From contig JBGQJI010000023.1 in the NCBI GenBank assembly GCA_041498975.1, forward strand, positions 1-26,008: a DNA stretch of 26,008 nt, in the 5' to 3' direction. Position numbers and translations under genes: made by a program. This DNA comes from Candidatus Methylomirabilis sp. Lineage in GTDB: Bacteria > Methylomirabilota > Methylomirabilia > Methylomirabilales > Methylomirabilaceae. This document shows, one piece after another, positions 8,514 through 16,224 of the stretch (the first letter of the stretch is position 1; every line of letters starts with the position of its first letter). The notes beneath the pieces were generated by a model. The model was not told the DNA's origin and did no database searches. It was given only the letters and a program-made list of their open reading frames with translations.

Positions 8514-9653
8514 ATGTCTTCGGAACCGAAGACCGCATTTATTTATTCCCCACGGTACCTGGAGTTCGACTATGGACCGGGGCATCCCCTTCGCAACCAG
8601 CGGCTTGGGTTGACCTATGATCTGATCGATGCGTGCGAGCTGTTGAACCTGCCATCCGCCTGCTGTCTCGAACCCGAACCTGCCACTGACGACGAACTCC
8701 TTCTGTTCCTCCAGCCTGACTACTTGAAGGTCCTGAAGCTGGTCGATGCGGGGCAGGCCCCTGCAGCGGCCATGCGGTGCGGTCTTGGCACCCCCGACAA
8801 TCCAATCCTGCCTGGAATTTACCGCTGGTCCGCGCTGGTGGCGGGTGCCTCCCTCCTGGCGATGCGTCTCGTGGAGTCTGGTGAGGTCGATAGGGCGTTT
8901 AATATCTCCGGTGGTCTCCACCACGCCGGGGCGGCAAGCGCCTCCGGTTTTTGTTACATCAATGATGCCGCCCTGATCATCGCTCATCTCTGCCGGCTTG
9001 GGCGTCGAGTCGCCTATGTGGACATCGACGTGCATCACGGCGACGGCGTCCAGTGGGCATTCTACGACACCGATCAAGTCCTCACCCTGTCGATCCATGA
9101 GAGCGGGAGCACCCTCTTTCCCGGGACCGGGTTCGTGGACGAACTTGGCAAAGGGAAGGGAGAGGGCTACTCCGTGAACGTTCCGCTGCCGGCCGCCGCC
9201 GACGACGAGATCTTCCTCTGGGCTTTCAACGAAGTTATCCCGCCTCTCGTGCAGGCCTTTCGGCCCGATATCCTGGTCACGCAGCTCGGGATCGACTCTC
9301 ACCGGACCGATCCCCTGTCCCACGTCGGGATCAGCCTCGGGGCATTCGTTCAGATGGTCCGCCGGCTGAGAGACTTGTGCGGGCGCTGGGTTGCCCTGGG
9401 CGGCGGGGGATACGACTTGAGGAACGTCCCTCGGGCCTGGACTGCAGCGTGGGCCATCATGAACGATCGTGAGCTGCCGACCATGCTCCCGGAATCATTT
9501 CTGGCCCGGCACAAGGAGGTCGGGTTCAGCGGCCCGGCATTCCTCGATGACCCGGCGATTATCGATGGGTCGGCCAAGGCGTGGGCCTGGGAGGCTGTGC
9601 GGGAGGAGGTGGAGCGCCTGAAGCGGCTGGTGTTTCCGCGGCACGGCATGTGA
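8514..9653 (+). CDS. acuC: AcuC/class I histone-deacetylase-family protein
   Basis: GHPL, GGLHHA, SGFCYIND, DIDVHHGDG, SIHE, FPGTG, DPLS, LGGGGY. Confidence 0.9.
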   Translation: MSSEPKTAFIYSPRYLEFDYGPGHPLRNQRLGLTYDLIDACELLNLPSACCLEPEPATDDELLLFLQPDYLKVLKLVDAGQAPAAAMRCGLGTPDNPILPGIYRWSALVAGASLLAMRLVESGEVDRAFNISGGLHHAGAASASGFCYINDAALIIAHLCRLGRRVAYVDIDVHHGDGVQWAFYDTDQVLTLSIHESGSTLFPGTGFVDELGKGKGEGYSVNVPLPAAADDEIFLWAFNEVIPPLVQAFRPDILVTQLGIDSHRTDPLSHVGISLGAFVQMVRRLRDLCGRWVALGGGGYDLRNVPRAWTAAWAIMNDRELPTMLPESFLARHKEVGFSGPAFLDDPAIIDGSAKAWAWEAVREEVERLKRLVFPRHGM

Positions 9654-9775
9654 CCTTTGACCATCATCTGTGGGGGGCCTATGAGGGGACGGCTAATGTC
9701 GGACTGACGACGCGCCGCTGGGGAAGCGCTGGGGGGCAGGGCAGAAACGGTTTTCTGTGTGGCAGGAGGCGACCA

Positions 9776-10081
9776 ATGGCATTCCAGGATAGGACGTTAA
9801 CGTGCGTTGATTGCGGGCAGCAGTTTGTGTTTACCGCGGGGGAGCAGGAGTTTTATACGCAGAAAGGATTCATGAACGAGCCGAAACGGTGCAAGAGCTG
9901 CAAAGCGGCGCGGAAAGGAATGGGGGGTCCCGGAGGCCCCCGCGAGGAGCACGAGGTCGTCTGCTCAGCCTGCGGCCAGAAGACCACCGTTCCCTTCAAG
10001 CCTATACTGGACAAACCGGTGTTCTGTAAGCCCTGCTTCGTGGCCAAGCGGTCGGCGACACCGAGGGATGTGCGGATCTAA
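9776..10081 (+). CDS. Zinc-ribbon protein with CxxC-x17-CxxC domain
   Basis: MAFQDRTLTCVDCG...EQEFYTQKGF.NEPKRCKSC, then CSACG...VPFKP...PVFCKPC. AGGAGG RBS before the ATG at 9776. Confidence 0.9.
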   Translation: MAFQDRTLTCVDCGQQFVFTAGEQEFYTQKGFMNEPKRCKSCKAARKGMGGPGGPREEHEVVCSACGQKTTVPFKPILDKPVFCKPCFVAKRSATPRDVRI

Positions 10082-10232
10082 GTCCACTACGATCCCCGTT
10101 CCTGCTCCGTGCAGCACCTCCCCTTGACAGGGAGGGCGCTCGTCTCTTGCCCCCTCCCCCTCGATGGGCGTCAAGGGGGGGATGTCTTGATAGAACGTCT
10201 GACGCAGGACACGAGGATGGCGCAGGTTTTCA

Positions 10233-10260
10233 TTGACAGGGGGGGGAGCGATTATAGCCT
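10233..10260 (+). promoter_or_regulatory. Putative sigma70 promoter with a G8 tract in the spacer
   Basis: TTGACA (10233-10238), 16-nt spacer beginning with 8 G, TAGCCT (10255-10260). Confidence 0.55.
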
Positions 10261-10339
10261 CGGGTCCCCAGGTACTGCACGGGCTCAGCGCGTCCACAGG
10301 CAATTGGAAGCAGAAGACCAAACGCACAGGAGGAGTGCC

Positions 10340-10900
10340 ATGAACAAGACGAGGATCATGAAAGCGCTCTACGCGAGTCTGATCGGGATCGTGGCGGTGC
10401 TCATCGTCGTGCCGCTGGCGGCTGCGGGAGACAGAGCCTTCCCGAGCTGGGACAAGCAGATCAACAACACAAAGCGGTTTAAGGTGCTGAGGGACTTCGC
10501 CGGCGCCGCCGTCCTGGACAGGGAGACGGGCCTCGTCTGGGAGCAGTCGCCCGAGACGGCGCCCAACCCTACGACCACCCAAGCCTGGCTCGCCGCGCAA
10601 TCGAGTTGCAACACAAGGACGGTGGGCGGGCGCTTCGGGTGGCGGCTCCCCACGATCCAGGAACTGGCGAGCCTCATCGACCCGAACAACCCTGGTGGAA
10701 ATCCGGATTTACCCCCCGGCTATCCCTTCAGCAATGTGGCGTCGTCCTCCTACTGGTCGGCGACTGCCAACGCCGACCCCGCCCATACCAACCTCGCGTG
10801 GGTCGTGGGCCTAGACAATGGCAGCGTGAGCAACGAGGATAAGGGGGACCCGCTCCACGTCTGGTGTGTGCGCGGTGGACAGGGGGTCGATCCTCAGTGA
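10340..10900 (+). CDS. Exported DUF1566 (Lcl C-terminal/C-type-lectin-like) protein; possible DGR target
   Basis: AGGAGG RBS, signal peptide, VLDRETGLVWEQ, GWRLPTIQELASL, YWSAT, AWVV, VWCVRGG. Confidence 0.9.
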   Translation: MNKTRIMKALYASLIGIVAVLIVVPLAAAGDRAFPSWDKQINNTKRFKVLRDFAGAAVLDRETGLVWEQSPETAPNPTTTQAWLAAQSSCNTRTVGGRFGWRLPTIQELASLIDPNNPGGNPDLPPGYPFSNVASSSYWSATANADPAHTNLAWVVGLDNGSVSNEDKGDPLHVWCVRGGQGVDPQ

Positions 10901-10922
10901 TTTGGTGATTTGAGTGATTTGT

Positions 10923-11057
10923 CCCTCGATACGCCACTCCCGTAGTGGCTACTCGGGATGATCGGAGGACGCCGGCAGAGCTGCTACTTTCCTTCCGTTC
11001 GCCCTGAGTAGGCGGCGCGAAGCGCTGCCGTATCGAAGGGCTACTCAGGATGATCGG
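10923..11057. repeat. REP-like cluster left of the GIY-YIG gene (inverted pair plus half unit)
   Basis: Unit CCYTCGATAC-[hairpin]-TACTCRGGRYGRWCGGA at 10923-10966, inverted unit at 10994-11040, half unit at 11041-11057. Confidence 0.85.
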
Positions 11058-11065
11058 GGGAAAGG

Positions 11066-11380
11066 GTGGCGCGGCCGTTTTTTACGTACATTCTGCGATG
11101 CTCGGACAGATCATACTACGTCGGGCATACGGATGAACTCGAGTGTCGGCTGGCAGAGCACGAAACGGGGGCGACCTGCGGCTACACGGCCGCTCGCCGA
11201 CCAGTGCAACTTGTTTGGTTTCAGGAGTTCCTGACCCGGGAGGAGGCAAAGGCGGCGGAGGCGCAGATCAAGAAGTGGAGCCGCAGGAAGAAGGAGGCAC
11301 TGATCGAAGGCAGGATGGAGGAGTTGAGAGCGGCAGCGCGCAAGGACTGGGTTTCCTACCGACAGCGCAGGGCCAGGTGA
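11066..11380 (+). CDS. GIY-YIG nuclease (UPF0213/YhbQ-like)
   Basis: FTYILRCSDRSYYVGHT, RLAEH, YTAARRPVQL, EAQIKKWSRRKKEALI. Confidence 0.92.
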   Translation: MARPFFTYILRCSDRSYYVGHTDELECRLAEHETGATCGYTAARRPVQLVWFQEFLTREEAKAAEAQIKKWSRRKKEALIEGRMEELRAAARKDWVSYRQRRAR

Positions 11381-11387
11381 CACAGAT

Positions 11388-11509
11388 CCTTCGATACATC
11401 CCTTCGGGCTTACTCCCCTCGATACGGCTTGTGAGCCTACTCAGGATGGTCGGAGTTATGGAATCCGCTCGCCCTGAGTAGGCGGCGCGAAGCGCTGCCG
11501 TATCGAAGG
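11388..11509. repeat. REP-like cluster right of the GIY-YIG gene
   Basis: Truncated unit 11388-11415, full unit 11416-11454, inverted unit 11464-11509. 11469-11509 is identical to 10999-11039 (41 bp). Confidence 0.85.
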
Positions 11510-11612
11510 ATGGCGACGTGAACAACGACGATAAGACGAACACGAACCACGTCTGGTGTGTGCGCGGTGGGCAAGGGGTGGACCCTCAGTGATTCGGTGA
11601 TTTGCGTGATTT
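11510..11612 (+). pseudogene. Orphan second copy of the DUF1566 3' end (variant C-terminus plus GTGATTT tail)
   Basis: Aligns without gaps to 10818-10920 (16 mismatches in 103 nt by hand count). Encodes GDVNNDDKTNTNHVWCVRGGQGVDPQ*. Confidence 0.85.
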
Positions 11613-11643
11613 GATGATTTCGGCTCTATTCTGTTGGCTAAGG

Positions 11644-11683
11644 GGGCCGGGCTGCCATCTGGCAGCCCGGCCCTTTCTCTTCT
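11644..11683 (+). terminator. GC-rich hairpin with pyrimidine tail (intrinsic terminator or DGR-type hairpin)
   Basis: GGGCCGGGCTGCCA-TC-TGGCAGCCCGGCCC followed by TTTCTCTTCT. Confidence 0.75.
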
Positions 11684-11690
11684 TGTGCTA

Positions 11691-12038
11691 GCCTGCCACT
11701 TCGGCAGGCTCAGTGCGCCGCCTGAGCGGAGCCTGTCCTGAGTCTTACCGAAGGATCGGTGGTGGGTCATTTTAATCGCCAGTCTAGAATTGTCATCCTG
11801 AGCGCAGCGAAGGATCTCGGACCTCATAGCCTTTACAGCGAGATTCTTCGGCTACGCCTCGGAATGACCCGTTGGTAGTTTCAAACTGAGCCACTACCGA
11901 AGGATCGAAAGGGTTGAATCGACCGGGGAAGTGTGGTACCGTCACGATCACATGCGGGTAACCGAGTGCGGGCTCTTGCAAGCCAATGGTGCCTGTCACT
12001 TCGGCAGGCTCGGTGCGCGGCCTGAGCGCTGTCGAAGG
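11691..12038. repeat. Further REP-like elements upstream of selA
   Basis: GCCTGYCACTTCGGCAGGCTCRGTGCGCSGCCTGAGCG at 11691-11728 and 11991-12028. Inverted pair GTCATCCTGAG..GAAGGATCTC (11792-11818) / GAGATTCTTCG..CTCGGAATGAC (11840-11868). Confidence 0.8.
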
Positions 12039-12048
12039 AATGAATGGA

Positions 12049-13476
12049 ATGTCCTCTGTGGATAGTCGAACCCGCTTTCTCCTGAGGCAGCTCCCCTCGG
12101 TGGACGAGCTGTTGCAGGAGCCGTCGATCCGAGAGCTGCTCCAGACGACCGTCCCTCGCTGGGCCGCCGTCGAAGGGATCCGGGAGGTCCTGGAGCGCTG
12201 GCGGCGAATCGTGGCCGACGGGGAGTCCGGTTCGGTGCAGGCCAATCCGCCATCCAGGGCTGCTCTGGTCGCTGAAGCAAGGGAGGCTGCGCAACGCCTG
12301 AATCGCCCAGCCCTGCGGCGCCTCATCAATGCTACCGGTGTGGTCGTCCACACCAACCTGGGTCGGGCCCCGCTGGCCCAGGCTGCCATCGAGCACGTCA
12401 TCGAAGTGGCGCAGGGCTATTCCAATCTTGAGTACGACCTCGAGCGAGGTGAGCGGGGTTCCAGGCAGGCCCATGTGGAGTGGCTCCTGTGCCGCCTTAC
12501 CGGCGCCGAGGCGGCGCTCGCGGTGAACAACAACGCGGCGGCAGTGCTGCTGGCCATCAACACGCTGGCCGAAGGGAAGGAAATCATCGTCTCGCGGGGG
12601 GAATTGGTTGAGATCGGCGACTCGTTCCGGATCCCCGACATCATGCGCCGGGCGGGCGGGATCCTGAAGGAGGTTGGGACCACCAACCGGACCTACCTGA
12701 AGGACTACGAGGCGGCCATCGGTGGCGAGACCGCCATGCTCTTGAAGGTCCACACCAGCAACTTCCGGATCCTGGGGTTCGCCGCTGACGTCTCGGTGGC
12801 CGAGCTCGCTGGATTGGGCGAGCAGCGGGGCTTGCCCGTGGTGGAGGATGTGGGGAGCGGCGCCCTCCTGGATCTATCGCGGGTCGGGCTCTCCAGGGAG
12901 CCGCTGCCTTCCGAGAGCATTCGCGCGGGAGCGGACTTGGTGACCTTCAGCGGAGACAAGCTGCTTGGTGGACCTCAGGCGGGGCTGGTCGTAGGGAAGC
13001 GGCCGCTGGTCGAGAAGCTCCGCCGGAATCCGCTTGCCCGCGCGGTCCGCATCGACAAGCTGAGCCTGGCGGCGCTGGAGGCGACCCTTCGCCTCTGCCT
13101 GGATGAGGGGCGTGCCTTCTCCGGCATTCCCGTGCTCCGGGCGCTCGCAATGCCGCTACAGGAGATCGATGTGCGGGCGAAACGTCTCCACGACCAGATC
13201 GCCAGGCTGGCCTCCGGGAGTCTGGAGCTTTCGGTCATTGATGGGACCTCCGAGGTCGGGGGCGGCGCGCTACCCCTCGAGGTGATCCCGACGCGTCTCG
13301 TGGCAGTGAAGGCCCCCCGCCTGACCGCACAGGCCCTGGAGGGGCGCCTTCGCCGGACCAGCCCACCGGTGATGGTTAGGATCAAGGACGACCAGGTCCT
13401 CCTGGACCCGCGCACGGTCACGGAGGAGGAGCTGGAGGAGCTGGCCAAGCTGGTCGCCTCGGTTGTGACGCCGTAA
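12049..13476 (+). CDS. selA: L-seryl-tRNA(Sec) selenium transferase
   Basis: LRQLPSVDELL, INATGVVVHTNLGRAPL, VNNNAAAVLL, SRGELVEIG, EVGTTNRT, FSGDKLLGGPQAG (PLP Lys). Start is 12040 or 12049; 11986 runs into a REP. Confidence 0.96.
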   Translation: MSSVDSRTRFLLRQLPSVDELLQEPSIRELLQTTVPRWAAVEGIREVLERWRRIVADGESGSVQANPPSRAALVAEAREAAQRLNRPALRRLINATGVVVHTNLGRAPLAQAAIEHVIEVAQGYSNLEYDLERGERGSRQAHVEWLLCRLTGAEAALAVNNNAAAVLLAINTLAEGKEIIVSRGELVEIGDSFRIPDIMRRAGGILKEVGTTNRTYLKDYEAAIGGETAMLLKVHTSNFRILGFAADVSVAELAGLGEQRGLPVVEDVGSGALLDLSRVGLSREPLPSESIRAGADLVTFSGDKLLGGPQAGLVVGKRPLVEKLRRNPLARAVRIDKLSLAALEATLRLCLDEGRAFSGIPVLRALAMPLQEIDVRAKRLHDQIARLASGSLELSVIDGTSEVGGGALPLEVIPTRLVAVKAPRLTAQALEGRLRRTSPPVMVRIKDDQVLLDPRTVTEEELEELAKLVASVVTP

Positions 13477-13520
13477 GTGGTGCGGAGTGCGGAGTGCGAG
13501 GTGCGGTGCTGGGGTGGCCA

Positions 13521-14177
13521 ATGAGCGGCGTGTTTGTGACCTTCGAGGGTTGCGAGGGGTCGGGGAAGACCACCCAGCTCACGCTGCTGGCCAATCATCT
13601 GCGCGCCCTCGCCAAAGAGGTCGTCGAGACCCGGGATCCAGGTGGGACCACCATCGGAAAAGAGATCCGGACTCTCCTGCTCAGCCCGGGATCGGCCCCC
13701 ATGTCGGAAGCCGCGGAGCTGCTGCTCTACGAGGCAAGTCGGGCTCAGCTTGTGCGGGAGGTGGTCGCCCCTGCCCTGGCGCGCGGGGCGATTGTGCTCT
13801 GCGACCGCTTCACCGATTCAACGCTGGCCTACCAGGGATACGGAAGGGGACTCGACCTCGGCCTGATACGCCGGTTGAACCAGTTCGCCACAGACGGGCT
13901 TGCGCCGGATCTTACCGTCCTGCTGGATCTAGACCCCGGGATGGGGCTGCTGCGGTGCACGAAAGGTTCTGGCGCAGTGCCGTCCTCCCGTGACAGGATC
14001 GAAGCGGAGCCGCTCGAGTTTCATCAGCGGATCAGAGAGGGGTATCTGGCGTCGGCGCGCGAAGACCCGGATCGGATCCGGGTGATCGATGCCACGCTGA
14101 GCGTGGCGGAGGTCGAAATGGCCGCGTGGAAGGAGGTCAGTCACTTGATGCGTTCACAGCTCACGGTTCACGGTTAA
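13521..14177 (+). CDS. tmk: Thymidylate kinase
   Basis: FVTFEGCEGSGKTTQ, TRDPGGT, LCDRFTDSTLAYQGYGRG, PDLTVLLD. Confidence 0.96.
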   Translation: MSGVFVTFEGCEGSGKTTQLTLLANHLRALAKEVVETRDPGGTTIGKEIRTLLLSPGSAPMSEAAELLLYEASRAQLVREVVAPALARGAIVLCDRFTDSTLAYQGYGRGLDLGLIRRLNQFATDGLAPDLTVLLDLDPGMGLLRCTKGSGAVPSSRDRIEAEPLEFHQRIREGYLASAREDPDRIRVIDATLSVAEVEMAAWKEVSHLMRSQLTVHG

Positions 14178-14194
14178 CTGACCGCAGAGAATCA

Positions 14195-15325
14195 ATGAGG
14201 TCCCCCGTCGACCGTCGGGCGTCGACCGTCGACCGTGCAGCGTCAACCGTCAACGGCTTCCGTGACCTGATCGGGCAGGAACGTGCCGTTCGCCTGCTTC
14301 AGCGGGGGCTGGCGACTGGGCGAACCCCCCACGCCTATCTCTTCACCGGGCCTGAGGGGATCGGCAAGCGAACGGCAGCCCTCGCTCTTGCCCAGGCGCT
14401 CAACTGCGAAATGAGTGCGAAGTGCGAAGTGCTAGGTGCGGGGTTCCAAGCTGCAGGGGCAAAGGCCCAACAGCGGGAGGGCGCCATCGATGATGGTTGC
14501 GGCTCCTGCCTATCTTGCCGTAAGATCGCCAGGGGACTGCATCCCGACGTGCAGGTAATCGAGCCGGCGGGCGCCACGCTGAAGATCGAGCAGGTGCGGA
14601 CACTCCAGGCCGATGCTGCCCTCGGTCCGTACGAGGCCAAGCGGAAGGTCTACATTCTTGATAGCGCGGAGAAAATGACGGAGCAGGCCGCCAATGCCCT
14701 CCTGAAGACTCTCGAAGAGCCGGCCGGCGGCACGGTGCTCATTCTCCTCACTACCACCCAGTCCGCCCTTCCGGCCACGATCGTCTCCAGGTGCCAGACG
14801 GTCACATTCTCTGCCATTCCGCCGGAGACATTGCAGGCTTTTTTGATTGACAAGGGCGTCGAACGGACACGTGCCCGCCTGATTGTCCCCTTCAGCCGGG
14901 GAAGCATCGGGCGCGCCCTGAGCCAGGAGGTCGTGTCCCTGGACTCCACGAGGGATCTTCTCCTCGAAGAGCTCGGGTGCGCTCTTCGGGACGGGCCCGC
15001 CGCACTCATCGAACTGGCCGATAAGCTGGCGAAAGATCGGGAAGGGCTCCAGCAGAACCTGGAGATCCTTTCGGCCTGGCTCCGGGACCTGATGGTCGCG
15101 AAGGCGTCTCGGAGCCAGGAGTGGCTCTTTAACCAAGATCGGGCTGATGAGGTCGCCCGCCAAGCGGAGGGCATGGCCCTGGAGGCCATCCTGGAGGGGC
15201 TTCGCGCGGTGCATGCGGCCATGGATGGCCTGACCCGCAACGCGAATCCCCGCCTGTCGCTCGAGGATCTCTTCCTCCGACTGCGCGAGGCGGTCCCTTC
15301 TGGTCCCTTGAGGGTATCAACATGA
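14195..15325 (+). CDS. holB: DNA polymerase III subunit delta'
   Basis: HAYLFTGPEGIGK, CGSCLSC, HPDV, AANALLKTLEEP, TIVSRCQ; tmk-holB synteny. Start uncertain. Confidence 0.93.
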   Translation: MRSPVDRRASTVDRAASTVNGFRDLIGQERAVRLLQRGLATGRTPHAYLFTGPEGIGKRTAALALAQALNCEMSAKCEVLGAGFQAAGAKAQQREGAIDDGCGSCLSCRKIARGLHPDVQVIEPAGATLKIEQVRTLQADAALGPYEAKRKVYILDSAEKMTEQAANALLKTLEEPAGGTVLILLTTTQSALPATIVSRCQTVTFSAIPPETLQAFLIDKGVERTRARLIVPFSRGSIGRALSQEVVSLDSTRDLLLEELGCALRDGPAALIELADKLAKDREGLQQNLEILSAWLRDLMVAKASRSQEWLFNQDRADEVARQAEGMALEAILEGLRAVHAAMDGLTRNANPRLSLEDLFLRLREAVPSGPLRVST

Positions 15326-16224
15326 AGACGGTGCGAATCAACTTAGGGGAGACCGAACACCAGGAGCAACACTACAACTCGCGCGGGATGGAGCTGACGC
15401 CGGGCGAGCAGGTCGTTGTGGAGACCAAGTGGGGACTGGGCCTGGCTCGGGTGCTTGCCACCTTCGCGGCATTTCCCGATCAGAAGGGGAGCGGACCGCT
15501 GAAGAACGTCCTCAGGAGGGCGACACCGGAGGATCTCGCGAACGGGGGGCGGATCAGGCTGCTCGAGCTGGAGGCGAAGGCGTTCAGTTCGCGGAAGATC
15601 AAAGAGCGGGAACTGCCGATGAGGCTGATTGACGTCAAGGCGAGCTTCGACCGCAGCAAGGTCACGCTCTACTTCTACTCGGAGGGGCGGGTCGATTTCC
15701 GGGATCTCGTGAGGGAGTTGGCCCAGCAGTTCCATACCAGGATCGAGATGCGACAGATCGGGGCCAGGGACGTGGCCAGCAAGCTGGGGGCCGTCGGCCC
15801 GTGCGGTAGACAGCTCTGCTGTAAGACCTTCCTCAAGGAGTACGAGCCGGTCTCGGTGCGGATGGCGAAGGACCAGAACCTCTCCCTCAATCCAAGCAAA
15901 CTGGCCGGAATGTGCGGCCGGCTGAAGTGTTGCCTCCGCTATGAGCACTCGATGTACGAGGAGCTGAAGCGAACTCTGCCCAAGGTCGGGTCCTTGGTCG
16001 AGGCGCAGGAGGGATTGGGAGTTGTCAAGGCCCGGGACGTCCTGGCCGGGTCGCTGGTGGTCCAACTGGAAGACAGCCGCCAGATCAAGGTGAAGGCGGC
16101 CGACCTGATCCATATCGGCCCCTCCCTTGACGATGACTCGCCTCGGAAAGGTTGCGGCGGAGGGGGAGGCTGCAGCAGTGGGGGCTGCGGGGTCTCCAGC
16201 GCGACATCCCACGACGACTCATGA
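15322..16224 (+). CDS. PSP1/YaaT (RicT) family protein
   Basis: RVDFRDLV, RIEMRQIGARD, GPCGRQLCC, MAKDQNLSLNPSKLAGMCGRLKCCLRYE; C-terminal Cys/Gly-rich tail. Confidence 0.93.
   Translation: MKTVRINLGETEHQEQHYNSRGMELTPGEQVVVETKWGLGLARVLATFAAFPDQKGSGPLKNVLRRATPEDLANGGRIRLLELEAKAFSSRKIKERELPMRLIDVKASFDRSKVTLYFYSEGRVDFRDLVRELAQQFHTRIEMRQIGARDVASKLGAVGPCGRQLCCKTFLKEYEPVSVRMAKDQNLSLNPSKLAGMCGRLKCCLRYEHSMYEELKRTLPKVGSLVEAQEGLGVVKARDVLAGSLVVQLEDSRQIKVKAADLIHIGPSLDDDSPRKGCGGGGGCSSGGCGVSSATSHDDS

Noticed and set aside
10923..11509. CRISPR array
   Set aside because: Repeats alternate in orientation, vary internally and are irregularly spaced; there are no cas genes.
10340..11612. Complete DGR cassette
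   Set aside because: No reverse transcriptase or Avd in the window, and 8 of the 16 mismatches are not at adenines of the putative template.
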